Shown: piece by piece, positions 8,718-8,725 of the stretch
Numbering within the stretch: position 1 is the first letter of the stretch
Layout: every line of letters starts with the position of its first letter
Origin: Selaginella moellendorffii
Lineage: Eukaryota > Plantae > Lycopodiophyta
Assembly (NCBI RefSeq): GCF_000143415.4
Contig: NW_003314277.1
Location: 977,310 to 986,034 of the forward strand
Direction of reading: 5' to 3'
Length of the DNA stretch: 8,725 nt
The notes under the pieces: generated by a model
Database searches by the model: none
What the model was told of the DNA's origin: nothing
The model's input: only the letters and a program-made list of their open reading frames with translations
Program-made: the position numbers and the translations under genes

Positions 8718-8725
8718 TAAAGCTG

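Overview
AT-rich, CpG-poor eukaryotic repetitive DNA, most likely from a land plant, made of decayed LTR retrotransposons. It has two assembly gaps (4107-4206, 6797-7155) and no intact gene. (1) 1-~4100, minus strand: a pseudogenised Ty3/Gypsy element in the order 5' LTR, PBS (tRNA-iMet type), gag with a CCHC knuckle, protease, RT (YFDD), RNase H and integrase. It has many stops and frameshifts, and most of the integrase catalytic core is deleted. It is probably a chromovirus-type element. (2) 4207-~4970, plus strand: a gag C-terminal remnant missed by the ORF track, with an eroded RG-box and two zinc knuckles. (3) At 4974 and 8193: two related LTR-like starts (TGTAA..ACTAAATTTT), each followed by an 11-unit minisatellite of 11/12-bp units. 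The right copy sits next to a degenerate minus-strand PBS, and the DNA between the copies has no recognisable coding content. I see no evidence for a new functional biological system. The least explained part is the array-bearing element in (3).
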